Source: Candidatus Methylomirabilota bacterium
GTDB lineage: Bacteria > Methylomirabilota > Methylomirabilia > Rokubacteriales > CSP1-6
NCBI GenBank assembly: GCA_035764725.1
Contig: DASTYT010000006.1
Span: 4,833-68,832 of the forward strand
Length of the DNA stretch: 64,000 nucleotides
Direction: 5' to 3'
The notes under the pieces are model-generated. The model searched no databases, was not told where the DNA came from, and worked only from the letters and a program-made list of their open reading frames with translations. Positions 30,120 through 40,100 of this stretch are shown here, piece by piece (positions within the stretch are counted from its first letter, which is position 1; each line of letters opens with the position of its first letter). Both the position numbers and the translations under genes were made by a program.

Positions 30120-30779
30120 GTGCCGTCGCGCAAGCTGCCCCGCAACTTCTACACGCGCCCCGACGTCCTCGCGGTGGCGCGCGATCTCCTCGGCACCGTG
30201 CTGGTGGTCTCCACTGGGCGCGGGGGCCGCGTCGCGGGCCTCATCGTGGAGACCGAGGCCTACCGCGGGCCCGAGGACCGCGCGAGCCACGCGTGGAACG
30301 GCCGGCGCACCCGGCGCACCGAGACCATGTACGCGGTGGGCGGCACTGCCTACGTCTACTTCGTCTACGGCATGTACTACCAGTTCAACGTGGTCACCGG
30401 CGTGCCCGACGTGCCCCACGCGGTGCTGATCCGCGCGCTGGAGCCGCTGGAGGGGCTGCCGCTCATGCGCCGGCGGCGCGGCGGCGCCGCGGATGCGCGC
30501 CTCACCAGCGGGCCGGGTGTGCTGTGCCTGGCCATGGGCATCGACCGCTCGTTCGACCGCGCGGATCTGCTGGGCGAGCGCGTGTGGCTGGAGGAGGGAC
30601 CAGCGCCCGTCGCGCGCGCCGCCGTCGCGCGCGGGCCGCGCGTGGGCATCGACTACGCAGGCGCGTGGGCGGCGCGGCCGTGGCGCTTCTGGATCCGCGA
30701 CAACCCCTGGGTGAGCCGGTCGCGCCCCGCCGGGCAGGCCGTCACAGGAGCTCGCGGACACGATCGCCGAGCACGGTGA
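30120..30779 (+). CDS. DNA-3-methyladenine glycosylase (Mpg/AAG family)
   Basis: FYTRPDVLAVARDLLGTVLV...GLIVETEAYRGPEDRASHA...VYFVYGMYYQFNVV matches the AAG/Mpg family. Its 3' end overlaps the convergent TPP-enzyme gene by about 38 nt. Confidence 0.75.
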   Translation: MPSRKLPRNFYTRPDVLAVARDLLGTVLVVSTGRGGRVAGLIVETEAYRGPEDRASHAWNGRRTRRTETMYAVGGTAYVYFVYGMYYQFNVVTGVPDVPHAVLIRALEPLEGLPLMRRRRGGAADARLTSGPGVLCLAMGIDRSFDRADLLGERVWLEEGPAPVARAAVARGPRVGIDYAGAWAARPWRFWIRDNPWVSRSRPAGQAVTGARGHDRRAR

Positions 30780-32493
30780 GGGCGATCTTCTCGCGGCTGG
30801 GCTCGCCGCGCAGCAGGGATCGGGCGAACTTCGCGGCCTGATCGAGCGTGATCTTGGGTGGGAGCGGCGGCTCGAAGGGGTCCACCACGCCTTCAACGAG
30901 CGCCGGTCCCGGCGTCGCGAGCGCTTCGTCCAGCACGGCGCCGCACTCGGCGGGATCCTCGATCGTGAAGCCGGTGCCACCGCAGGCACGGGCGAACGCC
31001 GCGAAGTCGATCGGTTGGAGCTCGCAGCCGTATTCCGGATTGCCGAGGAACACCATCTGCTCCCACTTGATCATCCCGAGCGTGTTGTTCTTCACCACCA
31101 CGACCTTGACGGGAAGGCGGTACTTCACGCAGGTCGCGAATTCCGCCATCAGCATCGAGAAGCCGCCGTCGCCCATGAACGCCACCACCTGGCGCGAGGG
31201 GTGCGCGATCTGGGCGGCGATGGCATAGGGGAGCCCCACCGCCATGCTCGCGAGGGTGCCGGACAGGGTGTGCATCTGTCCGCGCTGCACCGGGATGTGG
31301 CGAGCCCACCACGTGGCGATCGTACCGCTGTCGCAGGCCACGAGCGCGTCGGCGGCGAGCCGGCGTCCGAGCTCGCGGGCCAGCACCTGGGGCTTCATGG
31401 GCTTGTCGGCGCGCCGGCCACGCTCCTCCATGAGGGCGGTCCAGGCGCGCATGCCCACGCGCGCCTCATCGAGGAATCCCGCGTTCGCGCGCGGCTGCAG
31501 CAGGGGCAGCAGGGCCTCCAGCGTGCGGCGGCTGTCGCCCACCAGCCCGACCTCCACCGGGTAGCGAAGGCCGATGCGGGCCGGATCGATCTCGATCTGC
31601 ACCGCACGCGCCTGACCGGGCTTGGGCAGGAACTCGATATAGGGAAAGGACGTGCCGACCATGAGCAGCGTGTCGCAGCGCTCGAGCGCCTCCTGCGAGG
31701 GGCGCGTGCCGAGCAGTCCGACGGTGCCGGTCGTGTAGGGGCTGTCGTCCGGCACCGCCGCACGGCCGAGCAGCGCCTTCACGATCGGGGCGTCGAGGCG
31801 CTCCGCCATCGCCTCTAGCTCATCGCTCGCGCCCAAGGCCCCGCGGCCCGCGAGGATGGCCACGCGCTTGCCGTCGTCCAGGAGCGACGCGGCGCGGCGG
31901 AGATCCACCTCGGCGGGCAGCTGGGCGCTCCTCGCGAAGACGTCAGAGGTGTGGCGGGCCACGTTCCGCTTCGAGCGGTTGGCATCGGCCGGCATCTCCT
32001 GGACGTCCACGGGGATCGTGAGATGTGCGACCCCGCGATAGGCCAGGGCGGTGCGGCAGGCAAGGTCGGTGAGGCCCTCCACATGGGTCGGTCCCATGAC
32101 GCGCTCGCTGAACTTGGCCACATCGGCGAAGAGCCGATCGAGGGCGACGTCCTGCTGGGTGAAGCTGCCGAGGAGATCGTGGAACGGAAGCCCGGTGAGC
32201 GCGAGCACCGGCTGACCGTCCATCTTGGCGTCGTAGAGGCCGTTCAGGAGATGGATGCCGCCGGGCCCGGTGGTGGCGAGGCAGACACCCAGCCGGTCGG
32301 TGAACTTCGCATAGCCGCACGCCATGAGGGCGGCGGCTTCCTCGTGGCGCACCTGGACGAATCGGATCTTGTCCTGCCGCCGGCGCAGCGCTTCCATGAG
32401 CCCATTGATGCCGTCGCCGGGTAGGCCGAATACCACCTCCACGCCCCAGTCGCGAAGGCGCTCGACGAGCAGGTCGGCAGTGGTCGCGCCCAT
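30742..32493 (-). CDS. Thiamine-diphosphate-dependent enzyme of the pyruvate oxidase/acetolactate synthase (POX) family
   Basis: MGATTADLLVERLRDWGVEVVFGLPGDGINGLMEAL... and a C-terminal GDGGFSM TPP-binding motif. Confidence 0.8.
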   Translation of the reverse strand: MGATTADLLVERLRDWGVEVVFGLPGDGINGLMEALRRRQDKIRFVQVRHEEAAALMACGYAKFTDRLGVCLATTGPGGIHLLNGLYDAKMDGQPVLALTGLPFHDLLGSFTQQDVALDRLFADVAKFSERVMGPTHVEGLTDLACRTALAYRGVAHLTIPVDVQEMPADANRSKRNVARHTSDVFARSAQLPAEVDLRRAASLLDDGKRVAILAGRGALGASDELEAMAERLDAPIVKALLGRAAVPDDSPYTTGTVGLLGTRPSQEALERCDTLLMVGTSFPYIEFLPKPGQARAVQIEIDPARIGLRYPVEVGLVGDSRRTLEALLPLLQPRANAGFLDEARVGMRAWTALMEERGRRADKPMKPQVLARELGRRLAADALVACDSGTIATWWARHIPVQRGQMHTLSGTLASMAVGLPYAIAAQIAHPSRQVVAFMGDGGFSMLMAEFATCVKYRLPVKVVVVKNNTLGMIKWEQMVFLGNPEYGCELQPIDFAAFARACGGTGFTIEDPAECGAVLDEALATPGPALVEGVVDPFEPPLPPKITLDQAAKFARSLLRGEPSREKIALTVLGDRVRELL

Positions 32494-32627
32494 TGTGGGC
32501 GTCACCCCGCAACGTCCGTGCCACGCCGGCACGCTCGGCGCAGCGCTGATGACGCGGGCACTTAGCAATGGGGTGTGACGCGATGCCGGTTTGACTCGGT
32601 CGCTTGGCCCCGGTAGGGTTCGTCTCC

Positions 32628-33473
32628 ATGGGACGCATCGTCTACGCCGCGGCCATGTCGCACGTGCTGGCCCCCGACTACTACGGCAAGAACGTGGGCC
32701 CCCGCGGTCGCGCGATGGTGGAAGAGCTCATCGAGGTGGTGCGGGTCATGGGGCGCGAGATGCTCGCCGCGCGTCCGGACGCCCTCGTGGTGGTGGCCGA
32801 CGACCACCTGAACGTGTTCTCGTTCGACGCGGTCCCCGCCTTCTGTGTGCGCATCGGGCGCAGGGTGGAGCGCATGGTGCAAGAGGACGCCATCGAGTTC
32901 GATCGCGCCCTCGACGGACTGCCCGAGCGCTACCCCCTCCACGAAGACCTCGCCAATCGTGTCCTCGAGGAGGGGATGGAAGCGGGCATCGACTTCGCCG
33001 CCTCATGGTCGGCGCCGCTCGACCACGCGTTCCTGAGTCCGGTGAGCGTGCTCTGCGGCGAGGCGCCGGTGCCGCCGCTGGTACCGGTGTGGGTGAACTG
33101 CTTCGTGGCGCCGCAGCCCACCGCGCGCCGCTGCGTCGCGGTGGGCCGGCACATCGGCCGAGTGATCGCGGACGGGCCGTGGCGCGTGGCGATGATCGCC
33201 ACCGGCGGGCTCAGCCACTTTCCCGCGCTCTCGGTGGCCCGCGTCGGCACCTCTGATCCCGCGTTCGATCGACGGGTGATTGCCGCGCTCGAGGCAGGGG
33301 ACCACGAGGCGCTGCGCCAGCTCCCCATCAAGGAGCTTCACGAGACGGGCTCCCACGAGCTCTTGAACTGGCTCGTGCTGGTCGGCGCGGTGTCGCCCGC
33401 GCGGGCGCGGGTGCGCTTCTTCGGGGAGATGGGACGCATCGACCTCGCCGCGCTCCAGTGGGACGTCGCGTGA
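32628..33473 (+). CDS. Class III extradiol ring-cleavage dioxygenase catalytic subunit (LigB family)
   Basis: MGRIVYAAAMSHVLAP...VVVADDHLNVF is the LigB-type N-terminus. Confidence 0.7.
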   Translation: MGRIVYAAAMSHVLAPDYYGKNVGPRGRAMVEELIEVVRVMGREMLAARPDALVVVADDHLNVFSFDAVPAFCVRIGRRVERMVQEDAIEFDRALDGLPERYPLHEDLANRVLEEGMEAGIDFAASWSAPLDHAFLSPVSVLCGEAPVPPLVPVWVNCFVAPQPTARRCVAVGRHIGRVIADGPWRVAMIATGGLSHFPALSVARVGTSDPAFDRRVIAALEAGDHEALRQLPIKELHETGSHELLNWLVLVGAVSPARARVRFFGEMGRIDLAALQWDVA

Positions 33474-33685
33474 GCCGCTACGACGTGAACGTGGTGCTGT
33501 ATCGCCTCAAGAAGGATGCGGCGTTCCGCGCGCGCTTCACGCGGGAGCCGGCGGCGGCGCTCGGCCGCGCCGATCTCACCGACGAGGAGCGGGACGCTTT
33601 CGTGCGCTGGGACGTCCGGCGCCTCAACGAGCTGGGCGGGTCACTCCACCTGCTGGTGTCGATCCCGCGCCTGGGCGGGCACTAA
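33470..33685 (+). CDS. LigA-like small subunit (aromatic-ring-opening dioxygenase alpha-subunit domain, 71 aa)
   Basis: VSRYDVNVVLYRLKKDAAFRARFTREPAAALGRADLTDEERDAFVRWDVRRLNELGG resembles the LigA domain. GTG start overlaps the LigB stop. Confidence 0.55.
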   Translation: MSRYDVNVVLYRLKKDAAFRARFTREPAAALGRADLTDEERDAFVRWDVRRLNELGGSLHLLVSIPRLGGH

Positions 33686-35487
33686 ACGGAGTTGCGGTAC
33701 CAGTAGGGGATGCTGGCGAAGATCGAGTCCCACGAGTTGGGCTCGATGCCCATGAGGTTGTTCGCGGCGGCGTGGAGCACGTTGCGCCACGTGATCGGGA
33801 TGATGACGCCGCTCTGGATCACGAGGTCGTTCATTCGGATGAACATCGCCGCGCGCTTCACCGGATCCATCTCGTGCTCGGCCTTCCGCCACAGCGTGTC
33901 GTACTCCGCGTTCCGCCAGCGGCTGACGTTCCGGCCCGTCCACTTGTTCTCCTTGGTGGGGATGAGCCACGAGCAGAACTGCCCCATGAAGCCCTGGGGG
34001 TCGAGGCTCGCGAACGTCGCGTAGGTCTGCATGTCGGCGAGGAAGCGGGTGCGGTTGTCCGGATTCGCCATGTCGCTGGAGAAGAAGATCTGGGACGGGA
34101 TGGCCTTGATCTCGACCTCCACCCCGGCCCGCGCCGCCGCTTGCTTCACCACCGCCTGCACCTTCTGGGTGAGGGCGTGCGCGGTGGCCTGGAACACCAG
34201 GCGCAGCCGCTTGCCGTCCTTCATCCGCACGCCGTCGGCGCCGCGCGCCCAGCCCGCTCGGTCGAGGATCATGTTGGCCTTGTCGACGCTGAACTCCCAC
34301 GTGTTGTTGGAGGATCGGAAGCGGTCGGGGGTGTTCAGGATGTTCACCGCGATCTGGCCGGTGCGCCCGACCAGGTTGTCCTGGATGGCCTGGCGGTCCA
34401 CAAGCAGGCCCACCGCGGTGCGCATCACGGGGTCGCTCAGGAAGGGATGCGGCGCCTTGAGGGCAGAGCGCTCGCCGTCGACCTCGGTCCACGGATCGGT
34501 CTGGTTGAGCTGGATGTGGCTGACCCCGCTCGACGGGATCGTCATCACCCGACCCTTGCCACCCAGCTCGATCCGCTTCAGCACCTCCTCTTCGAGGAGG
34601 ATGTAGTAGGCGAAGTCGTACTCGCCGGTCTGCATCACCGCCCGCGCGGCCCCGGCGGCGTCGCCGCCGCACTTGATCTCGATGCGGTCGAAGAACGGCC
34701 GGTTCGGGACGTAGTAGTTGGGGTTGATCTCCGCGCGGATCACGTCGCCGGGCCGGAACTCGACCAGCTTGTAGGGCCCGGTGCCCACCGGGCGGATCAT
34801 GCCGATGGCCTCCCGCGCGCCCGCGCCCTTGGTGGACTCGAAGACGTGCCGGGGCAGCAGCCCTTCGCCGGTGAAGAAGCCCTGCCAGAAGGGCTGGGGC
34901 TTGCCGAAGTTGACCTTCACCTGGTGCGAGTCGATCTTGTCGATCTTGGAGATCTCCAGATACCCCTCTCGGCTGACCGAGCCGGTCGCGGCGTCGCTGG
35001 CGAACTGCCAGTTGAAGATGACGTCGTCCGCGGTGAACGGGGCGCCGTCGTGCCAGGTCACCCCGCGCTTGAGCTTCCAGATCACCCAGCGGCCGTCCTT
35101 GGCCACCGTGCCCTTCTCGAGCGAGGGCAGCTCGGACGCGAGGACCGGCGTGAACGTCCCGTCCGGCGCCGGGGCGGCCAGCGGCTCGTAGAAGAGCCGG
35201 CTCGCGGTCACGTCGCGGAGCGCGCTGGTGAAGTGGGGGTGGAGCAGGGTCGGCGCGTCCCACATGAGGACGCGGAGCTCCCCCCCGCCGCCGCGCCGGG
35301 TCGGCACGAAGTCCTTGGCCTGGGCGTGGGCGGCTCGCTGCGCCAGTGCCGGGCTCGTGGCGAGCAGCTGAGCCGCCATGGGGGCGGTGAGTCCCATCCC
35401 CACGAGAGTGTGGACGAAAACCCGGCGGGAGAGGCGCCCCCGCTCGACGTCGCGGACCATCCGGCGAAGGCTCTTCTCGATGCTCAT
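33682..35487 (-). CDS. ABC transporter substrate-binding protein, family 5, Tat signal; last gene of the NRPS operon
   Basis: RRVFVHTLVGMGLTAPMAAQLLATSPALA Tat leader followed by a DppA/OppA-like body of 601 aa. Its start overlaps the PPTase stop (ATGA). Confidence 0.8.
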   Translation of the reverse strand: MSIEKSLRRMVRDVERGRLSRRVFVHTLVGMGLTAPMAAQLLATSPALAQRAAHAQAKDFVPTRRGGGGELRVLMWDAPTLLHPHFTSALRDVTASRLFYEPLAAPAPDGTFTPVLASELPSLEKGTVAKDGRWVIWKLKRGVTWHDGAPFTADDVIFNWQFASDAATGSVSREGYLEISKIDKIDSHQVKVNFGKPQPFWQGFFTGEGLLPRHVFESTKGAGAREAIGMIRPVGTGPYKLVEFRPGDVIRAEINPNYYVPNRPFFDRIEIKCGGDAAGAARAVMQTGEYDFAYYILLEEEVLKRIELGGKGRVMTIPSSGVSHIQLNQTDPWTEVDGERSALKAPHPFLSDPVMRTAVGLLVDRQAIQDNLVGRTGQIAVNILNTPDRFRSSNNTWEFSVDKANMILDRAGWARGADGVRMKDGKRLRLVFQATAHALTQKVQAVVKQAAARAGVEVEIKAIPSQIFFSSDMANPDNRTRFLADMQTYATFASLDPQGFMGQFCSWLIPTKENKWTGRNVSRWRNAEYDTLWRKAEHEMDPVKRAAMFIRMNDLVIQSGVIIPITWRNVLHAAANNLMGIEPNSWDSIFASIPYWYRNSV

Positions 35488-36311
35488 TCCCGAGGGCTCC
35501 TCATGAGGGTGGTCCGATCTGGATAGCGTGGCTGCGGGCCGGAGTCAAGAGGCGCCGAAATGTCCCGCTCCGCGGGCGTCCACTCCCAGGCGCGCAGATC
35601 GAAGCGCTCGCCCTCGACCACAAGCGCGCCCAGATGACAGGGAGCCGGGACCAGCTCGCAGAGGCTCCAGCGCTCCACCTCCGCGGGATCTTCCAGCGAG
35701 GAGACCAGCGCGCGCGTCGCCCCGGTGGCGAGCGGGACCTCGAAGTGCTGGAGCGAGAGCGACAGCCCGTCGCCGCGCGCCTTCACGTACGCTTCCTTCC
35801 GCGTCCAGCAGCGCACGAAGGTCGCGGCCCGCTCCTCGGGCGGCGCGGCGAGGAGCGTGTCCACCTCGGCGTGGGCGAAGAAGCGCCGCGCCACGTCCAT
35901 GCCGCTGTGGCCGAGACGAATGCCCTCGACGTCCACGCCCACGCGTCGGCCCTGCGCCACCGCCACCACCGCGCACCAGTCGGCGTGGGTGAGGTTGAAC
36001 TCGAGGCCCTCGGGCGCGGCGAGCAGCGCGGGCTTGCCGTGGGGCGCGCGCACGAAGCGCAGCGTCTCGGGCCGGGCGCCGGCATAGCCGGCGAGGATGC
36101 CGCGCAGCCCGGCCCGGCCCGCCAGGTAGCGCTCGCGGTCGCGCGTGAAGCGGAACCGGCCCGCCCGCTCGCGCTCCTCGGCGGACAGCCGCCGCTCCAG
36201 CGCCAGCCCGTCGGGGATCATCTCGTCGAGGTCGAAGCGCCACACGTGCACCTCGTCGAGCGCGAGAACCGGCGGCGCGTCGGGCCGTACCCAGTGGAGC
36301 GGCACGCTCAT
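35484..36311 (-). CDS. Sfp-type 4'-phosphopantetheinyl transferase
   Basis: GKPALLAAPEGLEFNLTHADWCAVVAV and WTRKEAYVKARG (W/KEA motif). It is coupled by ATGA to NRPS-3 upstream and the SBP downstream. Confidence 0.8.
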   Translation of the reverse strand: MSVPLHWVRPDAPPVLALDEVHVWRFDLDEMIPDGLALERRLSAEERERAGRFRFTRDRERYLAGRAGLRGILAGYAGARPETLRFVRAPHGKPALLAAPEGLEFNLTHADWCAVVAVAQGRRVGVDVEGIRLGHSGMDVARRFFAHAEVDTLLAAPPEERAATFVRCWTRKEAYVKARGDGLSLSLQHFEVPLATGATRALVSSLEDPAEVERWSLCELVPAPCHLGALVVEGERFDLRAWEWTPAERDISAPLDSGPQPRYPDRTTLMRSPRE

Positions 36312-37150
36312 GTGCGCGACGCCTGCTCGAGGCAGGCGCGGAGTCGCTCCGCCGTCGCGCGCACGTGGTGGGTGATCGCGCTGAGATGACCCCCGGGCAC
36401 GGTGTAGGTCGTCACCCGCGAGCAGATGGACGACCAGCCGAAATCAGGGCGTGGATCCTCCGCGTCCGCGGAGCGGAGGACGACGATGCGGCCGCGGTAG
36501 GGCCCGGGGATGTGACGGAGGACGGCGCGCTTGTAGTGCGCGGCGAGGGGGCTGGGCGTCCGCGGCGGCGGGTCGGGCGCGCCATCGAGGGACGCGGCGA
36601 CGTCCGAGCGTCGGCCCCTGGTAACGATTTTCTTCCGCACGATCACGGCCAGGCCACGCAACCACCCGACCGGCCCGCGCCCACCGGCGGTATCCAGCCG
36701 CCCGCGATAGTAGCGGAGCCAGACCGCGACGTCTTGCGCTCGTATGCGCCAGCGGATCAGCCGGTCGTCGCGATTCGCTGCTGGCACACGCAGCACGGCA
36801 TCGACGGCCCGCGCGAGCGCACCCAGCACACGCACGACCCGGGTGGGAGCGACGGCATCGAGCATGACGACGAGCGGCACTTCCGCGCCGCGCCCGCGCA
36901 GGAGGCGGGCGATCTCGAGCGCTACCAGCGCGCCGTTGCAGTGCCCGCCGAGCAGGTACGGCCCCCTCGGCCGAACCGCCAGGATGTCGGAGAGATGAGT
37001 TGCCGCCATCGCTTCGATGGTGTCGGGTATCGCCTTTCCCTGGAGGCTGTGGGGGTGCACCGCGTAGAACGGCTGCTCCAAGCCCGCCGCTTCCGCGAGC
37101 GCGCGAGTGAAGAATCCGCCTCCGTTGAAGACTCCGTGGCAGAAAAAGAG
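36308..37150 (-). other. Thioesterase domain of NRPS-3 with a GxCxG (Cys) nucleophile motif (Cys codon near 36938-36940); boundaries approximate
   Basis: LFFCHGVFNGGG...GPYLLGGHCNGALVALEIARLL aligns with canonical GPYHLGGWSFGG, with C replacing S. Confidence 0.6.
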
Positions 37151-40100
37151 AGGAGGGTGCGCGCCGGCGGGATTCAGAGCGACCACCGGAGGCTCCGACG
37201 TCGCGACCTCGTCGTCGAGGGCCCGGGCAAGATGCTCGATGGTGGGGCCGGTGAAGAGCGTGGTGAGCGGCACCCGACGGCCCCACTCGCGCTCGACGGC
37301 CGCCATCATCCGCGCGGCGAGGAGGGAGTGGCCTCCGAGATCGAAGAAGCTGTCGCGCACCCCGATCCCGGTGACGCCCAGCAGCTCCTCCCAGAGGTCG
37401 ACGAGCGTCCGCTCCGTGGCGTTGCTGGGCTTCACCCGATGCGCCGGCTCACGCGCTCCTTCCGGATCCGGGGCGGGGAGCGCGGCGCGATCCAGCTTGC
37501 CGTTCGGTGTCAGCGGGAGCGCGGGCAGCACGACGACGGCGCCGGGCACCATGAACGCGGGCAAGGTGAGGCGCAGCGCGCTACGGATCTCGGTCGGCCG
37601 CGGGCTCGCGCCGGGCGCGGGCGCGACGTAGGCGACCAGGCGGTGCGCGTCGGAGTCCTCGCCCTCCATCACCACGACGGCGTCGCCCACCTCGGGGAGT
37701 CGGAGGAGCGCTGCCTCGATCTCGTCCGGCTCGATACGATGGCCGCGCAGCTTGACCTGACGGTCGAGGCGACCCAAAAACTCGACCACGCCGTCGGCCC
37801 GGAATCGCGCCCGATCACCGGTACGATAGAGCCGCGCGCCCGGCGTGGCGTCGAACGGATGCGGCACGAAGCGCTCGGCGGTGAGCTCGGGTCGACCCAG
37901 ATAGCCGTCGGCGAGCCCGGGGCCGCCGATGTAGATCTCTCCGACCACCCCCACCGGCACAGGCTCGCGCCGGTCGTCGAGGATGTAGAGCTCGGTATTC
38001 GCGATGGGCCGGCCGATCGGCACTGTCGAGGCGCCCTCGGCCACCTCGCGCACCTCGTGCCACGTGGCGAAGGTGGTGGTCTCGGTGGGCCCGTAGGCAT
38101 TGATCAGCCGCGCGGGCGGCGCGGCCTGCAGCACCGCGCGCACCCACCGGGGCTCAGCTATCTCCCCGCCGAAAAGGACCTGCCGCAGCGGCCGGAAGGC
38201 ATCTGGCGCTTCCCGCGCCACCTGGTTGAAGAGCGATGTGGTGAGGAAGAGCGTGGTCACGCCCTCGCGCGCGAGCGCGCCGGCGAGGGCCCGCGGGGCC
38301 AGCGCGGTGTCGGGCGGGATCAGGACGAGCCGGGCCCCGTTCAGCAGCGCGCCCCAGATCTCGAAGGTGGCGGCGTCGAACGCGGGGTTGGAGACGTGCG
38401 CCACCACGTCGTCGGGGCCGAGCCGGACGTAGTCGGTGTCGCGCACCAGGCGCGCGATCGCGCGATGCGGCACCGCCACGCCCTTGGGGGCGCCCGTGGA
38501 GCCCGAGGTGTACATCACGTAGGCGAGGTCCGCCCCTCCGAGCGGTAGCCCCTCCGCGGTCGGCGCCTCGAGCCCCTCGCCATCGGACGATTCCAGCCGC
38601 ACCTCGGGGCGGGCGTCGCCGCGTCCCGCTCCCGCGGTCACCACGGCGACCGCGCCCGCGTCGTCGAGCAGCGCGGTGCGGCGCTCCGCGGGGTGGGAGG
38701 GATCGAGGGGCACATAGACGCCGCCCGCGGTCAGCACGCCGAGCAGCGCGACCGCCAGCTCGATGGAGCGGTCGCAGCACACGCCGACGCGCGCGCCGCG
38801 GCCCATCCCGAGGTCTCGCAGCCGGCGCGCCAGGCGGCGGGCGCGTCGTTCCAGCTCCACGTACGTGATTGTCCGCGCGCCATCCGTGACCGCCACCGCG
38901 TCGGGCGTCCGGGCGACGTGCTCGGCGAAGAGCGCCGGGAGCGACCGGTCGGCCGGGTACGGTGAGCGCGTGGCGTTCCACTCCACCAGGACACGGTGAC
39001 GCTCGGCTTCACCGAGGAGCGGCAGCTGCGAGAGGGGGCGATCGGCGTCGCGGGCGATCTCCTGGAGCAGCCGCCCGAATTGGGCGACCAGGTCCTCCGC
39101 AGTGGCGCGGTCGAAGAGCGCGGAGCAGTACTCGAGGGTGCCCCGAAGCCCCTCGGGCGCCTCGACGAGGATCAGCGAGTAGTCGACCTTGGCCGTGCCC
39201 TGGTCGAGGTGGAACGGCGTGATCTCGAGGCCGGCGAGGGCGAGAGGAGTACGGGGCGCGTTCTGCAGCGCCAGGATGGCCTGGAAGACGGGATTGCGGC
39301 TCGCATCGCGCGCTGGGCGGAGCGTCTCCACCAGCCGCTCGAAGGGAACCTCGGCGTTGGCGAAGGCGCCCAGCGCGGTGTCTCGGGTGCGCCGGAGCAG
39401 CTCGCAGAAGGTCGGATCCCCCGCGAGCTCGCCGCGCAGCACCACGGTGTTGGCGAAGAAGCCGATCAGCCCCTCGAGCTCGGTGCGGGGGCGGCCGGCG
39501 ATCGGCGACCCGATCAGGACCTCGTCCTGCCCGGCGTGACGCGCCAGGAGCACCTGGAAAGCCGCGAGGAGCGTCATGTAGAGGGTGGCGCCTTGCCGCC
39601 GCGCGAGCGCGCGGAGCCCCTCGGTGACGTCACGGCTCACCGTGATCGCGACGACGCCTCCCACGAAGCTCTGGACCGCCGGCCGCGGCCGGTCCATGGG
39701 CATCGTGAGCGCCGCCGGCGCGCCGGCGAGCCGCTCCGTCCAGTACGCGAGCTGCGCCTGGAGTTCCGCGCCGCCGAGGCGGTCGCGCTGCCACACCGCG
39801 TAGTCACCGTACTGCAGGGGAAGGGGCGGCAGCGTGGGCGCCCGGCCCGCGCGGAGCGCGGCATAGGCGGTCTCGAGCTCGCGGGCCAGCACGCCCATCG
39901 ACCATCCGTCGGAGATCAGGTGGTGAAGCGTGACGACGAGGAGGTGCTCGTCGTCGCTCCGGCGGAAGAGCCGCGAGCGGATCAGCGGCCCGCGCGCGAG
40001 GTCGAAGACCTGGCTCCCCTCGCGGACGGCCGCGCGCTCGAGCGCCGCGTCGTCGCCGTCGGGCCACGGGTCCACGGGCAGCGCGAACGCCCCGACGGAG

